This document shows, one piece after another, positions 39,351 to 48,760 of a stretch of DNA of 64,000 nt (position 1 is its first letter; every line of letters begins with the position of its first letter). The DNA lies in assembly GCA_965223335.1 (NCBI GenBank), contig OZ244991.1, forward strand, positions 928,001 through 992,000. The letters run 5' to 3'. A program made the translations under genes and the position numbers. A model generated the notes under the pieces. The model searched no databases. It was given only the letters and a program-made list of their open reading frames with translations, and was not told the DNA's origin. The stretch comes from Thermodesulfobacteriota bacterium. GTDB lineage: Bacteria > Desulfobacterota_D > UBA1144 > Nemesobacterales > UBA2774.

Positions 39351-40373
39351 ATGAGTAATCCCACTAGATCCCTTGTCTCAGTAATAGTGCCCGTTCATAA
39401 CAGTGCGAGGTACATCCCTAAATGTCTCGGTGCGATCAACAAGTCCGACTATGATCAAATCGAACTTATAGTTGTAGATGATGGCTCCCGGGATGACTCC
39501 GCTTCATTAGCCGAGTCCCTAGGTGCGATAGTTTTGAAACTGGACACCAATTCTGGGCAGGCCAGGGCAAGAAACATAGGCGCCCAAAAAGCAAACGGAA
39601 ACATACTGGTGTTTATTGATTCCGATGTAGTCATACAACCAACCACTATCACTCAAATCGTAGAGTCATTCCAAGCCAATCCCCAAGTTGTTGCACTTTT
39701 CGGTTCCTACGATCAGAACCCTCCTGAACAAAACTTTGTATCACAGTACAGAAACCTCTTCCATCATTACACCCATCAAAACGCTAACCCCGATGCTGTT
39801 ACATTTTGGACCGGCTGCGGGGCAATCTATAGGGATCTCTTTTTAGACCTGGGTGGGTTCGATGAGTCTTATTATGCAATGGAAGACATAGAGCTTGGTT
39901 ATAGGATCCATCAATCGGGCAAAAAAATTCTTCTTGATAAGAACTTGCTCGTAACACATCTAAAACAATGGACTTTTCTATATCTTATAAAGACGGATTT
40001 TTCCTACAGGGCCGTGCCTTGGTCCAATTTAATCCTACGAACCGGATTCATACCCAAGGAACTAAACCTAAAAACTACTGACCGCTTGAGTGCTGTTTTA
40101 GTCGGAATTTCAGTTCTGCTTCTTTTACTAATTGTCGCAAGATTGCTTCTGCCAACTGCTTCAATTATTCATTACCGCTGGCTACTCCCGGCGCTCTTAC
40201 TGGTATTTATCGCAATAGCAGTGCTCAATCACAGACTCTACTCGTTTTTTCTACAAAAGAGAGGACTCGGGTTTATGCTCCTATCAATACCAATGCACGT
40301 TTTATATTATCTGATAAGTGCAATTGGGTTTATCTATAGCTGGGTGGGTAATCACTTGAAAAAAGCTAGTTGA
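39351..40373 (+). CDS. Glycosyltransferase family 2 with C-terminal TM helices
   Basis: SVIVPVHN, VVDDGS, FIDSD, GGFDE...EDIELG. Confidence 0.93.
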   Translation: MSNPTRSLVSVIVPVHNSARYIPKCLGAINKSDYDQIELIVVDDGSRDDSASLAESLGAIVLKLDTNSGQARARNIGAQKANGNILVFIDSDVVIQPTTITQIVESFQANPQVVALFGSYDQNPPEQNFVSQYRNLFHHYTHQNANPDAVTFWTGCGAIYRDLFLDLGGFDESYYAMEDIELGYRIHQSGKKILLDKNLLVTHLKQWTFLYLIKTDFSYRAVPWSNLILRTGFIPKELNLKTTDRLSAVLVGISVLLLLLIVARLLLPTASIIHYRWLLPALLLVFIAIAVLNHRLYSFFLQKRGLGFMLLSIPMHVLYYLISAIGFIYSWVGNHLKKAS

Positions 40374-40400
40374 AATTAACGGAGCAATATATCGTAAGTG

Positions 40401-40991
40401 TTATGAAGATGTATATGTACCGGTCAGCTTTTTAACCTTCTCCAGTTCCTCGGGTTCATCCAGGTTAACACCTTTACCCATCTCATAGAGATAATTAGCA
40501 TTGTCCCTGGGAGCCTCGCTCCTCACATTGGGGTCGAAAAACACTTCTTTTGTGTGTACAAGGCCGGCTCGGTTGTATGAGGCCAGCTCATACTTCATCC
40601 CCATACGAAGCGCATCACATGGACAGGCCTCAACACAAAACCCGCAGAACACGCACCTCATAAAATCTATATTATAAACCTTTGGCCTTCTCTCAATACC
40701 GTAGTCGTCGGCCGGTTCGGCAACAATGGATATTGCCTGCGTAGGGCATGCTATCTCGCACAGTTTACAAGCCACACACCTTATCTCCCCGGTATCATCC
40801 CCCGGCATCACATGAAGCCCCCTGTAACGCGGCGGCAGTTCCTTTACCTCCTCCGGGTATTGCACGGTAATCGTCCTCATCCTAAGCAAGTGTTTGATGG
40901 TGATTAACAACCCGCCTAGTATCTGTGGAAAATATAGCCTCTCATACCACTTGAGTTTAGGCTGTTCGAGGACTTTTATCTTTATAGACAT
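40401..40991 (-). CDS. nuoI: NADH-quinone oxidoreductase subunit I
   Basis: TVQYPE, RYRG.H, CVACKLCEIACP, CVFCGFCVEACP. Confidence 0.92.
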   Translation of the reverse strand: MSIKIKVLEQPKLKWYERLYFPQILGGLLITIKHLLRMRTITVQYPEEVKELPPRYRGLHVMPGDDTGEIRCVACKLCEIACPTQAISIVAEPADDYGIERRPKVYNIDFMRCVFCGFCVEACPCDALRMGMKYELASYNRAGLVHTKEVFFDPNVRSEAPRDNANYLYEMGKGVNLDEPEELEKVKKLTGTYTSS

Positions 40992-41066
40992 ATTTATTTC
41001 CTTGTAAATACGGTATTAAGTTATAACACAAACCGACATTTTTGAAAGATCGCGTTAACAATAAGA

Positions 41067-42848
41067 TCAGCTCGTAGTGCTTAAGTCCCTCATTACTCGT
41101 TTGTATGCAACCGCACCCGCAACAATCGAAATAACTATCATCAGACACCCTAATGCAGGTGCCCCCAAGAGCAGTTTCCCGACCCCGAGCATGCCAAATA
41201 GTATACACAGTACCCCGAGCAACCAATTTACCAGCACGCCCGAAAACGGTTCGGGTCCCCCAACCTTTATGTTCTCACGCACAGGCCCCCACATGCCCCA
41301 GGGACGCACCCTTTTGTAAAACGCTTCAAGTGTATCCAATGGTTCAGGTTTCGTGAGATAGGTAACCACCACCCACGTAACAAGTGAAACCGGTATCACG
41401 AGTATCTGGTGGCTAAGCTCAAGCCCCACACCCTTCGATCTGGTATAGACAATCAAAACAAGTATGGTCACCAGAGACGAGGCCAGCGCTGATATCTCGG
41501 ACCATGCATTTATCCTCCACCAAAACCATCTGAGTACCAAGACCAAACCGATACCGGCACTCATGGCCCAAAGAAAGATCCATGCCTGTCCAATGTTTTT
41601 GATATGAAACGCAAAGAACCCGGCCAGCACCGTGAGCAGCAGTGTACAAATCCTCGCGATGAGAATATAATGAGGCTCACTCGCATCCTTTACCAAAAAT
41701 CTCCTATAAATATCGTTCATTAAATACGACGCCCCCCAGTTAAGCTGGGTAGACAGTGTAGACATAAAAGCAGCAAGGAAACTTACAAACAAAAGCCCCC
41801 GCAACCCGGGACCCAAGTAATCACGGATGATTGCTATATATACCGCCTCATTATCGCCACCCGTAATCTCCGCAGTTGGGTATATAATCATCGAAGCCAA
41901 TGCAACCAGCACCCAGGGCCACAAACGGACGATGTAGTGGTTTATTGCGAACCAGGCTGTACCCAAAACCGCATGACGCTCATCCTTGGCCGAGCATATA
42001 CGCTGTATAAAATAGCCCCCGCCGTCCGCATTATGCGAGGACCACCATATCACCGTCACATATACGAGGAATGCAAAAAAGCTCGAGGACCAAAACCCCC
42101 CGCTCACAGGATCACCATCAGTGGGGCCTACACTAAATGCGGTCTTAGTGGCATCCAAATCCCCCAGCTTTTCTATAAAACCGCTTAACCCCCCGATCTC
42201 AGGCGACCCAATCACTACCCAGGCCAATATTATTGTGCCGAATAGCGCTATGAAATATTGCAGAAAATCTGTAAGCGCCACTCCCCACAGCCCTGACATC
42301 ATGGTGTAAAAAAAAGCAATCGAGATGCATATCACTATCGCAACCGTCGTGTCCACGCCAAAAAACACCTTAAACACCTTTGCCATGGCGCTTATCACCC
42401 AGCCCATTACTATGAAGTTGAACAACGTCGAGAAATAGAACGCCTTAAACCCCCTCAGAAACGCAGCGGGCTTCCCGCTATATCTAATCTCTATTAGTTC
42501 GTTATCCGTGATAACCTCGGCCCTTCTCCAAAGCCTGGCGAATACCAATACGATAAACACGTGACTAAACAGGTAGTTCCACCAAAACCAGTTCTTCCAT
42601 ATCCCCTCGGTCCGCACCCATCCTGTCACCGCAAGAGGTGTGTCGGCAGCAAATGTCGTAGCCACCATAGAGGTGCCCAGTATCCACCACGGCAGATTTC
42701 GCCCAGTGACAAAGTAAGAGGTCATGCTCCCGCTAGCACGCCTCGTGAAGTAAACCCCTATCCCAAGCGAGATTAACAGATACGCTGCCACGATTATCCA
42801 ATCCGCCGTGCTGAGTGTTGATAGTGCTGTTTGTAGGGAACTGTGCAT
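41067..42848 (-). CDS. Sodium:solute symporter (SSF) family protein
   Basis: YFVTGRNLPWW, SMVATTFAADTP, IQRICSAKDE, LAAFMSTLSTQLN. Confidence 0.92.
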   Translation of the reverse strand: MHSSLQTALSTLSTADWIIVAAYLLISLGIGVYFTRRASGSMTSYFVTGRNLPWWILGTSMVATTFAADTPLAVTGWVRTEGIWKNWFWWNYLFSHVFIVLVFARLWRRAEVITDNELIEIRYSGKPAAFLRGFKAFYFSTLFNFIVMGWVISAMAKVFKVFFGVDTTVAIVICISIAFFYTMMSGLWGVALTDFLQYFIALFGTIILAWVVIGSPEIGGLSGFIEKLGDLDATKTAFSVGPTDGDPVSGGFWSSSFFAFLVYVTVIWWSSHNADGGGYFIQRICSAKDERHAVLGTAWFAINHYIVRLWPWVLVALASMIIYPTAEITGGDNEAVYIAIIRDYLGPGLRGLLFVSFLAAFMSTLSTQLNWGASYLMNDIYRRFLVKDASEPHYILIARICTLLLTVLAGFFAFHIKNIGQAWIFLWAMSAGIGLVLVLRWFWWRINAWSEISALASSLVTILVLIVYTRSKGVGLELSHQILVIPVSLVTWVVVTYLTKPEPLDTLEAFYKRVRPWGMWGPVRENIKVGGPEPFSGVLVNWLLGVLCILFGMLGVGKLLLGAPALGCLMIVISIVAGAVAYKRVMRDLSTTS

Positions 42849-42927
42849 GAGCTCTTAATGTACCTGACTAAAGGGGTTTATAGCCTGCTTCCGTATGCGA
42901 CATACGAGTCCTAGTAAGTAAATGAAT

Positions 42928-44442
42928 TCAACCCAGTTTAACCGGCATAACACCCGTGGCCGTTTTATTTCCTAAGAGCACCTCTACTGCGGCCCTCTGG
43001 CATGACCCGAGACTATCAAACACCACTATCACAGTATCGAACCCGGAAAATGGAGCCACTACATAGGGATTGCCAAATGAGATCAGTACAGATTCCGATT
43101 CACTCCTAGACAAGTTTTTCAGTAGATCTGCATACTCTGGTGTCAGTTGAAACTGCTTCTTCCACGCACCAATTGCCGTGTAAACCAAACATATTATCGG
43201 TTGGTCAGGGGGCTTCATCATCAAGCCAGTTACGTTGTCTCCTGTCACATGGATTAGCTCTAAGCTTAACTCCCGGTCGACAAGGCCCTCCACAAAATCA
43301 TTCGATATATTCGTGGACCCAGTCATATCAAATATATAAGCCGAGCACACCTTAGCCTCTAGTGAGCTTCCTCTAACCTGACAAATTGACCTCTCCGATA
43401 TCTCATTCGATAACGATAATGCCGTCTTATCGTTTTGAGCATCGTCCATATATTCATACGAGCAAATAAATTCCTTCGCCCCCTTAATCCTTGCAAGCGA
43501 TTTATCCAAGTCCTCCTCTCTATACTCACCTGAAAGCAATGAATTGGACAGATGATCTATGAGTTCACACGGACTCTCAGGGTCGAGGATAATATCGCAT
43601 CCGGCATATATTGCTTGTTTTGATATAACCAGCTCACTCCCTATCTCCTTTATCCCCTCCATATGCAGAGAATCTGTAATCACCAGCCCATCATATCCCA
43701 ATTCATTCCTCAAGATCCCGGTTAATATATCGCCTGAGATTGTCGCAGGACTGCTACCTTCTGTTACCCGAGGGAACGACACGTGTGCAGTCATCACAGA
43801 CCCGACCCCACACTCGATCGCCTCTATAAATGGGATTAATTCAATCTCACGAAGCTCATCAACTTTCCTCATCGATATGGGTAAACCCTCGTGTGAATCC
43901 ACATCCACACTGCCGTGTCCCGGAAAGTGCTTTGCACATGCCACCACTCCGTTATCCTGAGCACCGTTAATAAAGCTCCTTACCATTCGGGTAACTCTAG
44001 CAGGGTCGTCCCCATACGAACGCACATTGATAATAGGGTTTTGGGGATTAGTGTTGAGATCGGCTACAGGGGCAAATAACAGGTTCAAACCACACTCCCT
44101 CATCTCCCGCGCTATGCTACTTGACTCTGAATACACAAGGACCTCATCATCCGCAGCACTAAGAGCAATGGCCGAGGGAAATACAGTGCAACCCTCCACT
44201 ATCTGCCCGAGCCCCCTCTCGGCATCGCAGCCGAATAAAAGCGGTGTGTCCGAGAGCGACTGCAGCACTGCCGTGGCACGGGTGAGTTGATCCCTCTTTG
44301 CCCTAAATATTATGAATCCCCCCACACCATAATCCCGTACTAATTCAACTGCCTGCTCCAAAGCACCGTCAATACTAAAATCAATTCTTGGCATTATTAG
44401 TTGAGCGATTTTCCGTGCTCTGCTTAGGTTATCGAATCTCAT
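42928..44442 (-). CDS. nagZ: GH3 beta-N-acetylhexosaminidase
   Basis: KHFPGHGSVDVDSH NagZ motif, RSYG, ITDSLHM; in an operon with anmK and murQ. Confidence 0.85.
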   Translation of the reverse strand: MRFDNLSRARKIAQLIMPRIDFSIDGALEQAVELVRDYGVGGFIIFRAKRDQLTRATAVLQSLSDTPLLFGCDAERGLGQIVEGCTVFPSAIALSAADDEVLVYSESSSIAREMRECGLNLLFAPVADLNTNPQNPIINVRSYGDDPARVTRMVRSFINGAQDNGVVACAKHFPGHGSVDVDSHEGLPISMRKVDELREIELIPFIEAIECGVGSVMTAHVSFPRVTEGSSPATISGDILTGILRNELGYDGLVITDSLHMEGIKEIGSELVISKQAIYAGCDIILDPESPCELIDHLSNSLLSGEYREEDLDKSLARIKGAKEFICSYEYMDDAQNDKTALSLSNEISERSICQVRGSSLEAKVCSAYIFDMTGSTNISNDFVEGLVDRELSLELIHVTGDNVTGLMMKPPDQPIICLVYTAIGAWKKQFQLTPEYADLLKNLSRSESESVLISFGNPYVVAPFSGFDTVIVVFDSLGSCQRAAVEVLLGNKTATGVMPVKLG

Positions 44443-44450
44443 AGATTTGG

Positions 44451-45635
44451 TTACTCAAGGGATCCCAACACAATTTTCCCGAGAGGTACATGTCTGCGGG
44501 CTCCGGTAACCGCGGGCAAATTAGCCGAGTTACCCGCAATCAATTCGTTTGCGAGCACTGCAAATGCCAAAGCCTCCTTAGCATCCACCGGTATGCCGTA
44601 ATCGGCAGTCGTAGAACACTTTACCGAGCCGAGCCTCTCAGCCAACCTGCGCATCATCATAGTGTTGTGACACCCGCCCCCGCTTAGGATCACTTCCTTA
44701 ATGTCATGTGTGGGAAAAATAAACTGTTCATACGACAACACTATGGTTTCTACTGTAAGTTCGAGCAGCGTTGCCATTAAGTCCTCGGTCTGTAGCTCCC
44801 CCGATGTTACATACCTGTACAACTCAGTTGCCTTAGATAACCCGAAATGCTCCTCACCCGTGGACTTGGGTGGGCTTTTACGGTAATAAGGATCACTCAA
44901 CAAGACACTTAATAGTTGTGTATTTACAGTGCCTTGCGATGCCATTTGACCATTCTCATCATAGTGAACACCGCCCCCGGACTCAAGGCTCATCACGCTA
45001 TCCATTAGTTTGTTCCCGGGTCCGTTATCAAACGCATAAACCCCGTCCAGTTCCCCGGTCACTACAGTAGAGTTAGCAATACCCCCAATGTTCTGTGCAA
45101 CACGTGTTGCTCCTTCCTTCCTAAAGAGTATGTAATCCAAGTAGGGCACTAGGGGTGCACCCTCACCACCGGCTGCCATATCGCGTGTGCGGAAATCACC
45201 TACGGTAGTAATCCCCGTGCGCTCGGCAATCACATCCAACTCGCCTAACTGTAATGTCGAGGGTGTAGGCGCTCCGACAGACGGGGGATCGTGAAACACG
45301 GTCTGCCCATGAGAGCCTATGAAATCAATATCGGCTCTAGTAACCCCGGATTTATTAATCAAGTCGAGCACTGTATCAGCAAATAACTCCCCAAGCTCGA
45401 AATTCAATCGAGAAATTTCCTCTACTTTAGAGCCCGGCGATAATGCTTCAAGCCGCTTTCGCAAGGAAGACTCATAGGGAATGGATATGAACTTAACAAG
45501 TTCGATAGCGGTATCAGGTCCGCTTCCTTCGAGCCTGACCAATGCAGCATCAACGGCGTCCTTTGATGTGCCTGACATAAGCCCTATAGCTGTTTTTTTC
45601 CGCTTTTCCGCCAATGATTTAAGATGGCTTAGCAT
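44451..45635 (-). CDS. anmK: Anhydro-N-acetylmuramic acid kinase
   Basis: GLMSGTSKDAVD, GSHGQT, DFRTRDMAAGGEGAPL, NIGGIAN, KEALAFA. Confidence 0.96.
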   Translation of the reverse strand: MLSHLKSLAEKRKKTAIGLMSGTSKDAVDAALVRLEGSGPDTAIELVKFISIPYESSLRKRLEALSPGSKVEEISRLNFELGELFADTVLDLINKSGVTRADIDFIGSHGQTVFHDPPSVGAPTPSTLQLGELDVIAERTGITTVGDFRTRDMAAGGEGAPLVPYLDYILFRKEGATRVAQNIGGIANSTVVTGELDGVYAFDNGPGNKLMDSVMSLESGGGVHYDENGQMASQGTVNTQLLSVLLSDPYYRKSPPKSTGEEHFGLSKATELYRYVTSGELQTEDLMATLLELTVETIVLSYEQFIFPTHDIKEVILSGGGCHNTMMMRRLAERLGSVKCSTTADYGIPVDAKEALAFAVLANELIAGNSANLPAVTGARRHVPLGKIVLGSLE

Positions 45636-45674
45636 AGGATTAAGTAAACGAGTAGCTTTTGAAACCGAAACCTG

Positions 45675-46571
45675 CTACTCCACTATCTCTCTTAGAAATC
45701 CTCTGTGCGTACGCACCAATTCTTTAGCTTTTTTAAATTCAACATCCTTAATCGCCATAACAATAGCTGTCTTCACATCCCAGCGGGCAGCTTCAAGCAA
45801 CTTTTCGGCTTTTCTTTCACCAATACCGGTTAGATGGGTTACTATGCGCACACCCCTGTCTTTAAGCTTTTCCGATTTAGCCTGCAGGTCTACCATCAGG
45901 TTCCCATAAGTCTTACCAATCTTTACCATCGCTGCAGTCGTGATCATGTTTAGCACCATTTTTGTCGCTGTGCCGGCCTTCATCCTGGTCGATCCCACAA
46001 TAACCTCCGGGCCTACCAATAGATTTATGACAACATCGGCAGCGGATTTCGGTGTACGGTTACATGTTATTAAAACAGTCCTACATTTGTGATTCTTTGC
46101 ATACATAAGTGCAGAGTTTACAAATGGTGTAGATCCACTGGCTGCGATACCCACAACAACGTCGTCTTTACCGATGCCAAGTTTTGACAGTGCTTCCCTT
46201 GCCTCTGGGCCCGAATCCTCGGCACCCTCCACCGATCGCACTATGGCTTTTTTGCCCCCTGCGATCACAGCCTGCACCTTCTTTGGCGATACCCCAAACG
46301 TCGGTGGGCACTCCGCAGCCTCCACCACTCCCAAGCGGCCGCTTGTACCCGCACCCACAAACACGATCCTGCCGTCCCCAGCTAAAACATCCGCTACGAT
46401 CCGAACCGCCTTGGCGATACTCTTTTTCTCTTTCTCGATTGCACCGGTGACACTCTTATCCTCCTCTATGATAAGCCCTAGAATCTCTTCGGTGCTAGAC
46501 CTGTCGATATCCTTTGTTTTGGGGTTTATTTTTTCTGTGAGTAAGTGCCCGGTTTTTCTTCTCGTAGCCAT
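45675..46571 (-). CDS. murQ: N-acetylmuramic acid 6-phosphate etherase
   Basis: GAGTSGRLG, ECPPTFG, GPEVIVGSTRMKAGTA, NLMVD. Confidence 0.97.
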   Translation of the reverse strand: MATRRKTGHLLTEKINPKTKDIDRSSTEEILGLIIEEDKSVTGAIEKEKKSIAKAVRIVADVLAGDGRIVFVGAGTSGRLGVVEAAECPPTFGVSPKKVQAVIAGGKKAIVRSVEGAEDSGPEAREALSKLGIGKDDVVVGIAASGSTPFVNSALMYAKNHKCRTVLITCNRTPKSAADVVINLLVGPEVIVGSTRMKAGTATKMVLNMITTAAMVKIGKTYGNLMVDLQAKSEKLKDRGVRIVTHLTGIGERKAEKLLEAARWDVKTAIVMAIKDVEFKKAKELVRTHRGFLREIVE

Positions 46572-46664
46572 CGCGACTATTATATACTGTTAACAAAATT
46601 ATTTCAGGGTGGACCCCCGCCGAAATTAACAACAATTAATGCTCTAACGATTTAATATCCTGTA

Positions 46665-46693
46665 TTGAAAATAAGTAGTGTCTAGATGATAAT
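46665..46693 (+). promoter_or_regulatory. sigma70 promoter of tRNA-Gly
   Basis: TTGAAA-17 nt-GATAAT. Confidence 0.55.
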
Positions 46694-46704
46694 AATTAAT
46701 TACT

Positions 46705-46778
46705 GCGGGCGTAGCTCAGCTGGCTAGAGCATAAGCTTCCCAAGCTTAGGGTCGCGGGTTCGAATCCCGTCGCCCGCT
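46705..46778 (+). tRNA. tRNA-Gly (anticodon CCC), CCA not encoded
   Basis: Cloverleaf GCGGGCG/CGCCCGC, anticodon arm TAAGC-TTCCCAA-GCTTA, T-loop TTCGAAT, discriminator T. Confidence 0.97.
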
Positions 46779-46830
46779 CATACATTTTTTAACGTTTAGA
46801 GTTGGTTGTGGTTTCTAGAGTGTGGTTTGA

Positions 46831-48411
46831 TTAGGAACTTTTCTTGGACTTCTTGGCTTTTTTGATAATCGGCCCTTTGCCCTCCTTTTTCCCTTTAAAG
46901 TACGCAAGGAGAACCTCGGCTTCGTGAAAAGGCAGTGTTACAAATGAAAAACTATCAAGAATTAGTATATCCCTTATTTTCTTGCTCTTAATCCCACACT
47001 TATTCTGGATAAATTGTATAAGCTTCTTAGACGTCAACCCGTCTTTTTTGCCCTGTGTTACAAAGAGTCTTGTCTTACCCTTTGTATCTACAAGTGCGTT
47101 TCCAATCTCTGTGTAGTTTTTCTCATCGAGCTCATCTTGAAATGAATACTCTAACAACGCCGCAATTATGTCCTCGGCCTGATTCGTCTCCAGAAGCTCA
47201 CGCGACATATCTTCATATTCAGGTCGTAGGCTCGACTTAACTATATCCTCCAAAATAGTCCGTATCCTTAGCTTTTTGGTCTTTATCACATCTTTAACAT
47301 CGGGGAGTTTTTCTTTGCGAATATCTGTTTTTGTTTCCCTGCTTATATATTTAAGCTTCCTGTACTCCTCTGGTGTCACAAACGTTATTGCGATACCCTC
47401 TTTCCCCGCTCTTCCCGTACGCCCTATCCTGTGCACGTATGACTCAGCATCTTGCGGGAGTGCAAAGTTGATGACATGTGTGAGGTCTTGGACATCTATA
47501 CCCCTTGCAGCTACATCCGTCGCTATCAGTATATTTACCAATCGCTTTTTAAACTTGTTAAGAATTTTTTCTCTTTGTGGTTGCGATATGTCCCCGTGAA
47601 GCGCATCGGCATCGTATCCACGCTCAATTAAGTGGTTGGCAATTATGTCCACGTCTTTCTTTGTCCTGCAAAACACAAGACCGTAAAAATCCTCTTCAAT
47701 GTCTATGATCCTGCATAGTGCCTCAAACTTATCCGCAGCGGAAACCTCAAAATATATCTGATCCGTCTGGGCTACTGTAAGCTTGTCCTTTGTAACCCTA
47801 AGTTCTTCATATTCCCCCATATGCTCAGCTGCAATCTGCATAATCTCCTTCGGCATGGTTGCTGAAAAGAGCAATGTCCTTTTGTGAGCAGGGGTATGAT
47901 CCATTATCTTTTCAACATCCTCGAGAAACCCCATATTAAGCATCTCATCGGCTTCATCTAAGACTAGGTAAGAAATCTCACCTAACTCCAAAGTTCCCCG
48001 TCCAATATGGTCGTAAACCCTCCCCGGTGTACCGATGACTATATCAATGCCTTTTTTCAGCAGTCTCAACTGCAGATTTATAGACTGGCCTCCGTAAATG
48101 GGTATTACGGTTAATTTTTTCTTTCCTTTAAGCGAGTGGATCTCCTCTGCTACCTGTATAGCAAGCTCCCTAGTAGGAGTGAGTACAAGGACTTGTACAA
48201 CATCACTATTTTCTTCCAGTAGCTCAACTAAAGGCAGTCCGAACGCCGCTGTTTTGCCAGTACCTGTTTGGGCCTGAGCCACGATGTCTTTACCGCCTTC
48301 AAGTATTGCCGGAATTGTGACTTCCTGGATTGGTGTAGGGACTTCGAAACCCTTCTTCTTGAGGACTTTGAGCGTCCCTTTGGATAAACCTAATTCTTCA
48401 AATGATAGCAT
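46831..48411 (-). CDS. DEAD-box RNA helicase with DbpA-type C-terminal RNA-binding domain (DeaD/CshA-like)
   Basis: AQTGTGKT, PTRELA, DEAD, SAT, HRIGRTGR; basic tail. Confidence 0.95.
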   Translation of the reverse strand: MLSFEELGLSKGTLKVLKKKGFEVPTPIQEVTIPAILEGGKDIVAQAQTGTGKTAAFGLPLVELLEENSDVVQVLVLTPTRELAIQVAEEIHSLKGKKKLTVIPIYGGQSINLQLRLLKKGIDIVIGTPGRVYDHIGRGTLELGEISYLVLDEADEMLNMGFLEDVEKIMDHTPAHKRTLLFSATMPKEIMQIAAEHMGEYEELRVTKDKLTVAQTDQIYFEVSAADKFEALCRIIDIEEDFYGLVFCRTKKDVDIIANHLIERGYDADALHGDISQPQREKILNKFKKRLVNILIATDVAARGIDVQDLTHVINFALPQDAESYVHRIGRTGRAGKEGIAITFVTPEEYRKLKYISRETKTDIRKEKLPDVKDVIKTKKLRIRTILEDIVKSSLRPEYEDMSRELLETNQAEDIIAALLEYSFQDELDEKNYTEIGNALVDTKGKTRLFVTQGKKDGLTSKKLIQFIQNKCGIKSKKIRDILILDSFSFVTLPFHEAEVLLAYFKGKKEGKGPIIKKAKKSKKSS

Positions 48412-48723
48412 CTATTATATTACTCCCAATATGTCAGATCATGGTGCACTTAATTCAATTAGAAATTGTAATTCCCAGGAATTGCCATTAATTAATAGTT
48501 AATCTATTTCGGTAACGACAGTGAGTTCTTTGGATTTGGAAATGCATTCTTCATGAATTATCAATTTGCAATCAGTCTGCAAACGATTCGGTACTCATAT
48601 ACGCACATAACTGTTTAATGATTACAATATTTTATACCGTTTCAATCTAAAAGCAATTTATGGTACTTTTCTATAAGTTGAACCCGTACGGTTAGAAGAC
48701 CAGGCTGTTGATGTGCCTTGATT

Positions 48724-48753
48724 AAAAGAGCCAATCACTTAGTGATCAATGGC
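48724..48753 (-). terminator. Probable terminator of mlaD
   Basis: Minus strand GCCA-TTG-ATCACT-A-AGTGAT-TGGC followed by TCTTTT. Confidence 0.5.
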
Positions 48754-48760
48754 AAGAAAA

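Noticed and set aside
46705..48760. Integrative element at tRNA-Gly
   Set aside because: No integrase and no duplicated tRNA 3' end seen.
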